The notes under the pieces: model-generated
Told to the model about the DNA's origin: nothing
The model's input: only the letters and a program-made list of their open reading frames with translations
Databases searched by the model: none
Part shown: piece after piece, positions 19,817-34,386 of the stretch
How the letters are laid out: each line of letters starts with the position of its first letter
How positions within the stretch are numbered: the first letter of the stretch is position 1
Translations under genes and position numbers: made by a program
Origin: Gemmatimonas sp.
GTDB taxonomy: Bacteria; Krumholzibacteriota; Krumholzibacteriia; LZORAL124-64-63
Length of the DNA stretch: 63,723 nucleotides
NCBI GenBank assembly: GCA_013824755.1
Contig: PNOJ01000002.1
Span: forward strand, 1 to 63,723
Reading direction: 5' to 3'

Positions 19817-20374
19817 TTGGCTGACACCAGCGATTTTCGCAACGGCATGGTCCTGAACTACAAGAACAGCCTCTGGGCCATCGTCGATTTCCAGCACGTC
19901 AAGCCGGGCAAGGGCTCGGCCTTCGTGCGCACGAAGCTGAAGAACGTCGCCACCGGGAAGGTCGTCGAGGATACCTTCCGTTCCGGCGAGAGGTTCGAGG
20001 AGGTCCGGCTCGAACGCCGCGACTTCCAGTTCCTCTACGTCGACGGCGATTTCCTGACTTTCATGAGCCTCGAGACCTTCGAGCAGATCTCGCTGCCCCG
20101 GGACACGCTGGGCGACGTGGCCAAGTACGTCAAGGAGAGCGAGACTGTCAGCATGCTGCTGCGCGACGGCGTGCCGGTGACCGTCGAGGCACCCAACACC
20201 GTCGAACTGAAGGTGGCCCAGACCGATCCCGGACTGCGCGGCGACACCGCCCAGGGCGCCTCCAAGCCGGCGACCCTCGAGACGGGGCTCGTCGTCCAGG
20301 TGCCGCTGTTCATCGAGGAGGGCGAGATCCTCAAGATCGACACCCGCACGGGCAAGTACCTCGGGCGCGTCTGA
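19817..20374 (+). CDS. efp: translation elongation factor P
   Basis: TTG 19817 follows the RBS. Motifs: FRNGMVL..., [31 protein letters not shown]. Confidence 0.93.
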   Translation: MADTSDFRNGMVLNYKNSLWAIVDFQHVKPGKGSAFVRTKLKNVATGKVVEDTFRSGERFEEVRLERRDFQFLYVDGDFLTFMSLETFEQISLPRDTLGDVAKYVKESETVSMLLRDGVPVTVEAPNTVELKVAQTDPGLRGDTAQGASKPATLETGLVVQVPLFIEEGEILKIDTRTGKYLGRV

Positions 20375-20398
20375 CGCCCCCGGCCGGAAGGGGAGACC

Positions 20399-20863
20399 AT
20401 GGATCTCAACAAGGTGCGCGAGCTGGTCAAGCTGGTCGAGGACAGCCGCATCGACGAACTCGAAGTGATCGACAAGGACACGACCATCCGCATCCAGAAG
20501 CACGCGGCGCCGTCGGCCCACGTGGCCTACGCCGCCTCGCTGCCCCCGGCCCCGGCCCAGCCGCAGGCAACCGTGGACACCGCGGCCCCCGCCGTCGCCG
20601 CCGCCAATCCCGAACGGGCGAAATGGCGCGAGATCCGCTCGCCCATCGTCGGCACCCTCTACCGGGCCCCGTCACCCGACGCGCCGAACTTCGTCAGCGC
20701 GGGCGACGTCATCAAGCAGGGCCAGACCCTGTGCATCATCGAGGCCATGAAGGTCATGAACGAGATCGAGGCGGAATTCGGCGGGACCATCAAGGAGATC
20801 CTGGTCGAGAACGCCACGCCGGTGGAAGCCGAGGCGATCCTCTTCCTCGTGGACCCCGCCTGA
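20399..20863 (+). CDS. accB: acetyl-CoA carboxylase biotin carboxyl carrier protein
   Basis: 154 aa with an Ala/Pro linker. Biotinyl-lysine motif [13 protein letters not shown]. Confidence 0.92.
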   Translation: MDLNKVRELVKLVEDSRIDELEVIDKDTTIRIQKHAAPSAHVAYAASLPPAPAQPQATVDTAAPAVAAANPERAKWREIRSPIVGTLYRAPSPDAPNFVSAGDVIKQGQTLCIIEAMKVMNEIEAEFGGTIKEILVENATPVEAEAILFLVDPA

Positions 20864-21012
20864 CCCGACCCCGAGCGGCGGCGCGCGTTCCCGCGGGGGC
20901 GCGCGCCGCTCCCGTCCCGCTTCCAGGCTTGCCATTTTCCGGCCCCGGCCGGACAATCATCCGGCGGCCGCCGCGCCCGTTACCGCACCCCGCCACGACA
21001 GGAGAGACGCGG

Positions 21013-22375
<1,363 letters not shown>

Positions 22376-22398
<23 letters not shown>

Positions 22399-24769
22399 CC
22401 CACCCGATCCCGGCGGCTGGTGGCGGTCCCCCCGCCTGGCCGGCCTGCTGCACCTGGCGCTGGCCGTGTACGCGGCGATCGCCCTGGCCGGGCCGTCGGC
22501 CGCCTGGTGGTCGCTGGCCAACGGGTTGCCAGGCGCCGCCCCGGTGGCGCCCGGCAATCCCGGCGGACCGGTCGGCGCGCTGGTCGCGCTGACGGTGCGC
22601 GCGGCTCTGGGCGATCTGTGGTGCTGGGCCCTGCCGGCGCTGCTGGCCATCCGCGGCCTGGCCCTGCTGGCGCGCGGCGAGGCGTCGCGGTTGTTCCTGG
22701 GCAGCCGGCTGGTCCCGCTGTGGCTGGCCTCGGCCGCCTGGCTGGGGCAGTCCGGCTGGCCCCTGCCGACGCCGCTGGCCGCGGCGTGGGGAGGGGCGCC
22801 CGGGTACGGTCTCGCCTACGGCTTCGGCGCCCTGTTCGGGCGCTGGGGCGCCGGCATCTTCCTGTCGTTCCTGCTGCTGACCGCCCTGCTGCGGGCCACC
22901 CACCCCTGGCTGCCGGCGCTCCTGGGCCGTCTGGGACCCTGGGGCGCGGCCCTGGGCACGGGGCTGGCGGCCGCCTGGCGGGGGCTGGCCTGGCTCCTGC
23001 TCTCGCCCTGGCGCCTGCTGAGGGGCATCGCCCGTACGTGGCGGGGCGCGGCCGCGACGGTCCAGGACGAGGCCGGGCGACGCGCCGTCGTTCCCGCCGT
23101 CGCGCCGGCGGCGCTCGCGACCGCCAAGGCCCCGGCCGAACCGGCGGCCGCCGCGACGCCGCGCATCGTGCACGCCCCCCCTGCTCCCGAGCGGTCGGCG
23201 GCGGGGGACGAGGACTGGACGCCGCCGGCGACGGCGGGCCGCCGCGCCGCGGCGGGCGGCGAGGCCGAAGCGTTCCCCGAGGTCACCTCGGGGCTGGTGG
23301 ACCCGGCGATGTCGCTGCCGCTGCCCGACCTCTCGGTGCTGCGCGAGCCGCCGACCGACCGCGTGGCCGTCGCCGAGGAGCTGCTGCACGCCGCCGCCGA
23401 CCTGCTCGAGGAGACGCTGCGCTCCTTCGGCGTCGAGGGCGCCGTCAAGGACGTGCGGCCCGGACCCGTGGTGACCACCTACGAGTACCAGCCCGCGTCC
23501 GGGATCAAGGTCAACGCCATCGTGCAGCGCTCGGACGATCTGGCCCTGGCGATGAAGGCCCGCTCCATCCGCATGGAGGCCCCCATCCCCGGCAAGGCGG
23601 CCGTCGGCATCGAGATCCCCAACCCGACGCAGCAGATCGTCTCGATGAAGGAGGTCTTCGTCCAGGCCGCCGACCGCATGCGCACCCCGCTGAGCGTGGT
23701 GCTGGGCCGCGACGTCTTCGGCGAGGCGGTGACGATCGACCTCGCCGACCAGCCCCACCTGCTGGTGGCCGGCTCGACCGGCAGCGGCAAGAGCGTCTGC
23801 GTCAACGCCATGATCAGCTCGCTGCTGCTGCGCTGCGACCCCTCCCTGGTCCGACTGCTGCTCATCGATCCCAAGATGCTGGAGCTGAACGTCTACAACG
23901 ACATCCCGCACCTGCTGCTGCCGGTGGTGACCGACCCCAAGGACGCGTTGCGGGCCCTGAAGTGGATGGAAGCCCAGATGGACCACCGCTACCGGCGCCT
24001 CTCGCGCCACAGCGTGCGCAACATCGAGGGCTACAACCGCAAGGTGGCCGCCGGCGAGATCGCGGGCGACGACGGCGTCGCGGTCACCGAGCCGATGCCC
24101 TACTACGTGTGCATCGTCGACGAGCTGGCGGACCTCATGATCCAGCTCGGCCAGGAGATCGAGATGCCGATCACCCGGATCGCCCAGAAGGCGCGCGCCG
24201 TGGGCATCCACCTGGTGCTGGCCACGCAGCGCCCGAGCGTCGACGTGCTGACCGGCGTGATCAAGGCCAACATCCCCTGCCGCATCGCCTTCCGGGTCAT
24301 CCAGAAGAACGACTCGCGCACCATCCTGGACGCGAACGGGGCCGAGAAGCTCCTGGGCAAGGGCGACATGCTCTACCTGCAGCCGGGCCGGGCCACGCCG
24401 GTGCGCGTCCACGGCGCCTTCATCGACATCGAGGAGTGCGAGGCCCTGGCCGCCCACTGGCGCCAGTTCAAGGACGTGACGCGTCCCATCACCCTGGACG
24501 AGGAGCGCGAGGAGGCCGTCGGGCTGGACCTCGAGGACGACCCCCTGTTCGAGAAGGCGCGCGAGATCATCGTGCTGTCCCAGCACGGCTCGACCTCCAT
24601 GCTGCAGCGCAAGCTGCAGGTCGGCTACGCCCGCGCCGGCCGGCTCATGGACCTGCTGGAGCAGGCCGGCGTGGTGGGGCCCTTCATCGGCAGCAAGGCC
24701 CGCGAGGTCGTCATGAAACCCGACGACCTCAACGCCCTGCGCGAGTTCGAGGAGGACCGCCTCACATGA
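22376..24769 (+). CDS. ftsK: DNA translocase FtsK/SpoIIIE
   Basis: 797 aa. N-terminal TM segments and a Pro/Ala linker. Walker [11 protein letters not shown]-terminal gamma winged helix [19 protein letters not shown]. Confidence 0.93.
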
Positions 24770-26199
24770 GCCGCCGCGCCGTCCACTGCCGCACCCTCGG
24801 CTGCGACAAGAACCTGGTGGACAGCGAGGCGCTGCTCGGCCGCTTCGCCGCGCGGGGCATCCCCGTCGCGGCCGACCCCGCCGACGCCGACATCTGGGTG
24901 CTGAACACCTGCGGCTTCATCGAGGCGGCCCGGCTCGACAGCTACGCGGCCATCGCCGAGATGTGCGCCGCCAAGGGCGCCCGCACCCTGGTGGTGACGG
25001 GCTGCCTGACCCAGGAGCACGGCGAGCGCCTCGCGCGCGAGCACCCGGCGATCGACCTGGTCAACGGCGTCGGCAACTTCGACCGCCTGCTCGACGCCCT
25101 CGAGCTCGGCCAGGACCGGGTTCCCGTCGCGAGGCCCGAGGACGTGCGTTACGACGGGATGGCCGACCGGCCCCTGCTGACGCCGCCGCACCTGGCCTTC
25201 ATGAAGGTGTCCGAGGGGTGCAACTTCCGCTGCTCGTTCTGCCGCATCCCGCTGATCCGCGGCGACCAGCGCTCGCGGCCCGTGGCCGAGCTCGCCGACG
25301 AGGCCCGCCGCCTGGCGGCGCGCGGGGTGCGCGAGCTGATGCTGGTGTCCCAGAACACCAGCGACTACGGCCGCGGCGCCGGCGAGGACCTGTACGACCT
25401 CGCGGCGGCGCTGGGGGAGGTCGACGGCCTGCGCTGGCTGCGGCTGCACTACCTCTACCCGGGCCTGATCGGCCTGGACCGCTTCCGGCGCCTGCTCGAC
25501 CTGCCCAAGGTCCTGCCCTACGTGGACATGCCCGTCCAGCACGCGTCGCCGGCGGTGCTGCGCCGCATGAACCGGCCCTTCGACACCGAGAAGCTGGCGC
25601 GCTTCTTCGAGGAGCTGCGCCGCGAGCGACCCGACCTGGTGCTGCGCACCACGCTGCTGCTGGGCTTCCCCGGCGAGCAGGAAGAGGACGTCGAGGCCGC
25701 GGCCGATTTCCTCGAGCGCATCCGGTTTGACCACGTGGGCACCTACCGCTATTCTCCCGAGGCGGGGACCGCCGGCGCGGACTTCGACGACGCGCCGGAC
25801 CCCGAAGAGGTCGCCGACCGCGAGGCCCGCCTGACGGACCTCCAGGTGGACATCGCCCGCGAGCGGCAGCTGTCCAGGCTGGGTGGCGAGTTCGAGCTCG
25901 TCGTGGACGGCGTCGGCGACGGCGCCGAGTGGGGCGACCTGCTGGCCGACCTCGCCGCGGGTGATCTGGAAGAAGGGGATCCCGAAGATCGGGAACCCCG
26001 CACCGCCGATCCGCGTTCGCTGGCCGCGGGGCCGGTCGCCGTCGCCCGCAGCCGCCACTTCGCGTACGACACGGACGGGGTCGTGCTGCTCGACGGGCGC
26101 GGCCTCTCGGCCGGGGACTGGCTCACGGCCCGCTTCGCCGCCGTCACGCCCTTCGACGTCCTGGGCGTGCGCGCCGCGCCGCGGGGAAAGGAAGCCTGA
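24766..26199 (+). CDS. rimO: ribosomal protein S12 methylthiotransferase
   Basis: ATG 24766 (ATGA overlap) within ORF 22420..26199. Motifs: LGCDKNLVDSE, radical-SAM CNFRCSFCRIP. TRAM-like C-terminus with an acidic insertion. Confidence 0.88.
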   Translation: MSRRAVHCRTLGCDKNLVDSEALLGRFAARGIPVAADPADADIWVLNTCGFIEAARLDSYAAIAEMCAAKGARTLVVTGCLTQEHGERLAREHPAIDLVNGVGNFDRLLDALELGQDRVPVARPEDVRYDGMADRPLLTPPHLAFMKVSEGCNFRCSFCRIPLIRGDQRSRPVAELADEARRLAARGVRELMLVSQNTSDYGRGAGEDLYDLAAALGEVDGLRWLRLHYLYPGLIGLDRFRRLLDLPKVLPYVDMPVQHASPAVLRRMNRPFDTEKLARFFEELRRERPDLVLRTTLLLGFPGEQEEDVEAAADFLERIRFDHVGTYRYSPEAGTAGADFDDAPDPEEVADREARLTDLQVDIARERQLSRLGGEFELVVDGVGDGAEWGDLLADLAAGDLEEGDPEDREPRTADPRSLAAGPVAVARSRHFAYDTDGVVLLDGRGLSAGDWLTARFAAVTPFDVLGVRAAPRGKEA

Positions 26200-26894
26200 T
26201 GAGACTGATCGCCGCCGTCGCGACGTCCCTGATCCTGAGCCTGGCCCTGTGCCCGGCCGCGGCCGGCGCCGCCGCGGGCCAGGAGGGTTCGTCGTTCGCC
26301 GCCGCCGGGCCCGACACCGTGCAGACGAACCTGTGGCTGGCCCGCGCCCTGTTCGCGGACATCGTGCGGGAGGCCGCCGCGGTCCTGCCGCCCGACAGCG
26401 CCAGCGTCGCGCTGCGCCCCCGCTCCAAGCACACCGCGCAGCCGCTGTTCGACACGGCCGTGTTCGCCGAACTGACGGCCGCCGGGCACGAGGTCCTGCT
26501 CGACGAATCGGATGTGGCGGCGACCAAGACCGCGCCCGAGGTCCGGGCGGACTACGAGTTCCGCTACTACATCGAAGACGTGGACTTGAGCTACCCGCGC
26601 GTCGGCCGCCGCTTCGGCCTCTGGCGCCGCTGGCTGGACCGGGAGTTCCAGGCGGTCGTGCAGGTGACGGTGCTGGAGAAATCGACCGGACGCCTGCTGC
26701 TCGACCGGCGCCTGACCCGCGGCTACGCCGACCGGATCGCGGCGCGGCACTTCGCCGCCGTGGACGCGCCCGCCTACGACTTCACCACCGCGGAGCCGGC
26801 CGAGGGCGGGATGCGCGCGATCCTCGAGGAACTCGTCGTCATGGGAGCCCTGACCGGCCTCGTGGCGGTCTACTTCGCCAACTCCGGCAACTGA
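26199..26894 (+). CDS. hypothetical lipoprotein (lipobox LALC) with a C-terminal hydrophobic segment
   Basis: 231 aa. ATG overlaps the rimO TGA by 1 nt. Signal peptide plus Cys. No recognisable family. Confidence 0.6.
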   Translation: MRLIAAVATSLILSLALCPAAAGAAAGQEGSSFAAAGPDTVQTNLWLARALFADIVREAAAVLPPDSASVALRPRSKHTAQPLFDTAVFAELTAAGHEVLLDESDVAATKTAPEVRADYEFRYYIEDVDLSYPRVGRRFGLWRRWLDREFQAVVQVTVLEKSTGRLLLDRRLTRGYADRIAARHFAAVDAPAYDFTTAEPAEGGMRAILEELVVMGALTGLVAVYFANSGN

Positions 26895-26920
26895 TCCGGC
26901 GCCGGAACCCGGGAGGACTC

Positions 26921-27685
26921 GTGCAGGCAACCCGTCTGACGCCGAGATGGCCGCTGCTGATCCTGGCGGCAGGCCTGGCCGCCGCGCTCGCCGGCTGCGG
27001 CTACACCAACCCCCACCCCGCCGGCTCCTACGAGCGCGCGCTGGCCTACGCCGACCGCGGCAAGCACCGCGAGGCCGTCGACGCCTACACCGCGTTCCTG
27101 CGCCGCAGCCCGACCGACAGCCTGGCCGCGCGCGCCCAGCTGGAGAAGGCCAGGTCCTACGTCGCCACCGAGGAGTACCCCCTCGCCACGGTCGAGCTGC
27201 AGATCCTGCGCCAGGAGTACCCCAACAGCGAGCTGGTGGAAGAAGCCCTGTTCGAGGAGGCCCGCTCGCACCTGCTCCAGGTGGGCGGCGTGGAGCGCGA
27301 CGTCACGCCGGCCCGCGAGGCCCGGGTGCTGTTCCGCAGCTTCCTGCAGATCTACCCCGCCTCGACGCGGGCCGACGCGGCCCGCGCCCACCTCGTGGAG
27401 ATCAGCGACATGCTGGCGCTCAAGCAGCTCGGCATGGTCGAGGTCTACAGCCAGCTGCACAAGCCCGACGCGATGGCGGTCACCCTCGACCGGCTCATCG
27501 TCGAGGAGCCGGAGACGCGGCACCGCGATCGGATCCTGTTGGACCGCGCCCGCCTCGCGCTGCGCCGGGACGAGGCGCCGCGGGCCCGCGCCGTCCTGGA
27601 GATGCTGCTGAGCGAGCTCCCGGACAGCCGGCACGCGGCCGAGGCGCGCCGGTTGCTGGACGGGTTGCCGGCCGCCGCGCCGTGA
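26921..27685 (+). CDS. bamD: outer-membrane protein assembly factor BamD (YfiO-like TPR lipoprotein)
   Basis: GTG 26921 follows GGGAGG. Lipobox LAGC. TPR-like helices. Typical position next to OM biogenesis genes. Confidence 0.7.
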   Translation: MQATRLTPRWPLLILAAGLAAALAGCGYTNPHPAGSYERALAYADRGKHREAVDAYTAFLRRSPTDSLAARAQLEKARSYVATEEYPLATVELQILRQEYPNSELVEEALFEEARSHLLQVGGVERDVTPAREARVLFRSFLQIYPASTRADAARAHLVEISDMLALKQLGMVEVYSQLHKPDAMAVTLDRLIVEEPETRHRDRILLDRARLALRRDEAPRARAVLEMLLSELPDSRHAAEARRLLDGLPAAAP

Positions 27686-27698
27686 AGCCGGCGGTGAC

Positions 27699-28282
27699 AT
27701 GAGGCTCGCGGTATTCGGCGGCGCCTTCGACCCCTTCCACCGCGGCCACCTGGCCGTGATCCGCGAACTGTTGTCCCACGACCTTTGCGACCGGGTGCTG
27801 GTGGTGCCCGCGGGTCGCTCGCCCCTGAAGCCGCCGCCGCAGGCGACGGGCGCCGACCGTCTGGCCATGGTGCGCCTCGGCGTCGCGGGTCTCGACGGCG
27901 TCGAGGTCTGGGACGGCGAGCTGGGACGGGACGGCCCGAGCTGGACCGTGGACACGCTCGAGACGCTCGCCGGGCTCCACCCGCACGACCGGCTGCTCCT
28001 CGTGCTGGGGGAGGACGCCTGGCGCGGCCTGTCGGGCTGGCGCCGGCCGCAGCGCGTGTTGGAGCTGGCCAGCCCGCTCGTGATCGCCCGCGACGGGCGG
28101 GCTCCGGATCCGGCGACGCTGCCGCCGGGGTCGACGGTGCTGCCGGACTTCGCGGCGCCGGCCGCGAGCCGCGAGATCCGCGACCGCCTGCGGCGCGGCG
28201 AGCCGGCCGCGGACCTGCTGCCGCCGGCCGTCGCGACCTACGTCCGCGAGCGTCGTCTGTACGGCGGCGGAAAGGACCTCCC

Positions 28283-28292
<10 letters not shown>
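27699..28292 (+). CDS. nadD: nicotinate-nucleotide adenylyltransferase
   Basis: N-terminus MRLAVFGGAFDPFHRGH (HxGH motif). C-terminal ...SREIR motif region. Confidence 0.88.
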
Positions 28293-31119
<2,827 letters not shown>

Positions 31120-31127
<8 letters not shown>

Positions 31128-31785
31128 GCGTCCCCGCCCGGACGGACGACTCCTGCGGCGCTGGGTGGTGACCGGTCCCATCGGCGCGGGCAAGTCGCTG
31201 GCCGTCGCCGAGCTGGCCGCGCTGGGGGCGAGGGTCGTCGACGCCGACGCCGAGGGCCGGGCCCTGCTCGCGGAACCGGGGATGCCGGCGGCCCTGGCGG
31301 CCGTCCTGGGACCCGCCGTGCTGCGCGGGGGGGAGGTGGACCGCGCCGCGGTCGCCGCGCTGGTCTTCGCCGATCCCGGCGCCCTGGCGCGCCTGAACGA
31401 CCTGACGCACCCGCGCCTGGCGGCGCGCCTCGAGGCGCGACTGCGCGAGCACGAGGCGGCGGCCAGGGAGCCGGGTCTTGCGGTCGTGGAGGCCGCCGTG
31501 TACTTTCTGCTTCCGCCGTTCGGACCGGTGGATCTGGTGGTGGCGGTCGACGCCCCGCCCGAACTCAGGGTGAGCCGCCTGGCCGCCTCGGGCCGGTTCG
31601 ACGCCGCGGCGGCCCGCGTCCGCGCCGAGGCCCAGCGTTCCCTGCTGGACGCCTTCTCCCGCGCCGACGTCGTCTTGAGGAACGAGGGCGGACCCGAAGA
31701 CCTGCGACGCGCGGTGCGCGCGCTGGTCGCCGCCCGCGCGCCGGAGCTGACCAGCCCGGACGCGCCACCCCGGGAGGGGCCATGA
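31120..31785 (+). CDS. coaE: dephospho-CoA kinase
   Basis: P-loop TGPIGAGKS; VVDADAEGR. 8-nt overlap with the polA end. Confidence 0.8.
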
Positions 31786-32886
31786 AGGAGCAGTTCGACG
31801 AACTCCGCGCCCAGCAGGACCGGCTCGCGCGCCTGAAGGAGGGTCTTTGACCTCCCGCAGCTGCAATCGGAATTCGCGTCCCTGCAGGCGCGCCAGTCCG
31901 AGCCGGGCTTCTGGCAGGACCGGGCGGCCGCCGAGCAGGTGACCCGCCGCCAGCGCGTGCTGAAGAGTTGGCTGGACCCGGTCGCGGCCGCCGAGTCGTC
32001 GGCCGCCGACCTCGGGGTGCTGGCCGAACTGGCCCAGCAGGAGCAGGACGAGGGCGCGGCCGCGGAGGTGCGCGACGGCGTCGACGAGCTGGTCCGGCAG
32101 CTGGACCGCCTCGAATCCCAGTTCCTGCTCAGCGGGCCGGACGACGCGCGCGGCGCCCTGCTGGAGATCCACCCCGGCGCCGGCGGCACCGAGAGCCAGG
32201 ACTGGGCGGAGATGCTGCTGCGCATGTACCGCCGCTACCTCGAGCGCAACAAGCTCGCCTTCGAGGTCCTGGACCTGCAGGCGGGCGACGAGGCCGGGAT
32301 CAAGAGCGCCATCCTGGAGATCAAATCCGAGTTCGCCTACGGCTACCTCAAGAGCGAGTCCGGCGTGCACCGCCTGGTGCGCATCTCGCCCTTCGACGCG
32401 CAGAGCCGGCGCCACACCTCGTTCGCCTCGGTGTTCGTCTTCCCGCTCATCGAGGACGAGGTCGAGGTGGAGATCAACGAGCAGGACCTGCGCATCGACA
32501 CCTTCCGCGCCAGCGGGGCGGGCGGCCAGCACGTCAACAAGACCGACAGCGCCGTGCGCATGACCCACCTGCCGACCGGCCTGGTGGTCCAGTGCCAGAG
32601 CGAGCGCTCCCAGCTGCGCAACCGCGAGAGCGCCCTGACGATGATGCGCGCGAAGCTGTACATGCGGAAGCTGGAGGAGGAGCGCCAGAAGCGGGCGGCC
32701 ATCGAGGACGAGAAGATGGAGATCGCCTGGGGCAGCCAGATCCGTTCCTACGTGCTGCAGCCCTACACCAAGGTCAAGGACCACCGCACCGAGCAGGAGA
32801 CGGGCAACGCCGTCGGCGTCCTGGACGGCGATCTCGAGCCCTTCATCGACGCGTACCTGCGCCAGACCAGCCGCGCCGCCCGCTGA
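31782..32886 (+). CDS. prfB: peptide chain release factor 2, requiring a programmed +1 frameshift at 31845-31851
   Basis: ORF0 is ATG 31782 ... CTT TGA (stop 31848-31850). The +1 frame from GAC 31849 continues into ORF 31939..32886, which carries SPF (ISPFDAQ) and GGQ (SGAGGQHVNKT). Confidence 0.95.
31836..31851 (+). promoter_or_regulatory. prfB autoregulatory +1 frameshift site (internal SD-like AAGGAGGG plus slippery CTT TGA C)
   Basis: The sequence gaAGGAGGGtCTTTGAC matches the canonical RF2 recoding signal. Confidence 0.9.
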
Positions 32887-32903
32887 GCGGCCGAGGAGGC
32901 CCC

Positions 32904-34379
32904 GTGTCCGAGCACGAGCCGCAGCCCCTGCACCGCCTGGTCGAGGAGCGCCTGCGCAAGCTGGAGGCCCTCGCCGAGCGCGGCGAGCCCTACCCGTACC
33001 GCTACGACCGCACGCACACCAGCGCCGGCCTGATCGCGGACGAGGCCGCCCTCACGGCCGCCGGCGCCGAGGTCCGCATCGCCGGCCGCATCATGGCCAA
33101 GCGCAGCGCCGGCAAGACGATCTTCCTGCCGCTGCAGGACGGCGAGGGGCGCATCCAGATCTACGCCCGGCGCGACGACCTGGGCGAAGAGGACTACGAG
33201 GCCTTCAAGAAGCTGCTGGACCTGGGCGACCTGATCGGCGTTTCGGGGAAGCTCTTCTGGACCAACACCGGCGAGCTGACGGTGCACGTCGCCGCCTGGC
33301 AGCTGCTGGCGAAGTCCCTGCGCCCCCTGCCCGAGAAGTTCCACGACATGAGCCTGGAGCTGCGCAGCCGCAAGCGCCACCTCGACCTGATCATGAACCC
33401 CGAGTCCCGCGTCCGCTTCCGCCGGCGCTCGGCGCTGCTGGACCACGTGCGCCGCTTCCTGATCGACCGGGACTTCCTGGAGGTCGAGACGCCCGTCCTG
33501 CAGCCCCTGTACGGCGGCGCCACGGCGCGCCCCTTCACGACGCACCACAACGCGCTGGACCAGCGCCTCTACCTGCGCATCGCCGACGAGCTGTACCTCA
33601 AGCGGCTGATCGTGGGCGGCCTGGAGCGGGTCTTCGAGTTCTGCAAGGACTTCCGCAACGAGGGGATGGACCGCACCCACAACCCCGAGTTCACGATGAT
33701 GGAGTGCTACGCGGCCTACTGGGACTACCACGACATGATGGACCTGGTCGAGGAGCTCATGCGGCAGCTCGCCGCGAAGTTCGGCCGCGACGGCCGGATC
33801 GCGTACGGGGACCACGAGCTGGACTTCTCCGGCGGCTTCCGGCGCCTGCGCTTCCTGGACGGCCTGCAGGAGCGCACCGGGGTCGACTTCCGCGGCCTCG
33901 GCCGCGAGGAGGTGCGGGCCCACGCCGAACGCCTGGGCGTGCCGGTGCGGCCGGAGATGGGCGCCGACAAGATCCTCGACGCGCTGTTCGGCGAACTGGT
34001 CGAGCCGACCCTCATCCAGCCGACCTTCGTGATGGACCACCCCAAGGAGCTGTCGCCGCTGGCCAAGGGGCACCGCGACGACCCGGCCCTGGTCGAGCGC
34101 TTCGAGGGCTTCGTGGCCGGCTTCGAGATCTGCAACTCGTTCTCCGAGCTGAACGACCCGCGCGAGCAGCGCCGCCGCTTCGCCGACCAGATGGACCTGC
34201 GGGCCAAGGGGGACGACGAGGCCCAGGTCATGGACGAGGACTACCTGGAGGCCCTGGAGATCGGCATGCCGCCGACCGGCGGCCTGGGCGTCGGCCTCGA
34301 CCGCCTGGTGATGCTGTTCACGGACTGCAACGCGATCCGCGACGTGCTGCTGTTCCCCGCCATGCGACCGGAGGAGTGA
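32904..34379 (+). CDS. lysS: lysine--tRNA ligase, class II
   Basis: GTG 32904 follows GAGGAGG. OB-fold N-domain. Motifs: FLEVETPVLQ, FRNEGMDRTHNPEFTMMECY, GGLGVGLDRLVM. Confidence 0.95.
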   Translation: MSEHEPQPLHRLVEERLRKLEALAERGEPYPYRYDRTHTSAGLIADEAALTAAGAEVRIAGRIMAKRSAGKTIFLPLQDGEGRIQIYARRDDLGEEDYEAFKKLLDLGDLIGVSGKLFWTNTGELTVHVAAWQLLAKSLRPLPEKFHDMSLELRSRKRHLDLIMNPESRVRFRRRSALLDHVRRFLIDRDFLEVETPVLQPLYGGATARPFTTHHNALDQRLYLRIADELYLKRLIVGGLERVFEFCKDFRNEGMDRTHNPEFTMMECYAAYWDYHDMMDLVEELMRQLAAKFGRDGRIAYGDHELDFSGGFRRLRFLDGLQERTGVDFRGLGREEVRAHAERLGVPVRPEMGADKILDALFGELVEPTLIQPTFVMDHPKELSPLAKGHRDDPALVERFEGFVAGFEICNSFSELNDPREQRRRFADQMDLRAKGDDEAQVMDEDYLEALEIGMPPTGGLGVGLDRLVMLFTDCNAIRDVLLFPAMRPEE

Positions 34380-34386
34380 GCGGCCC

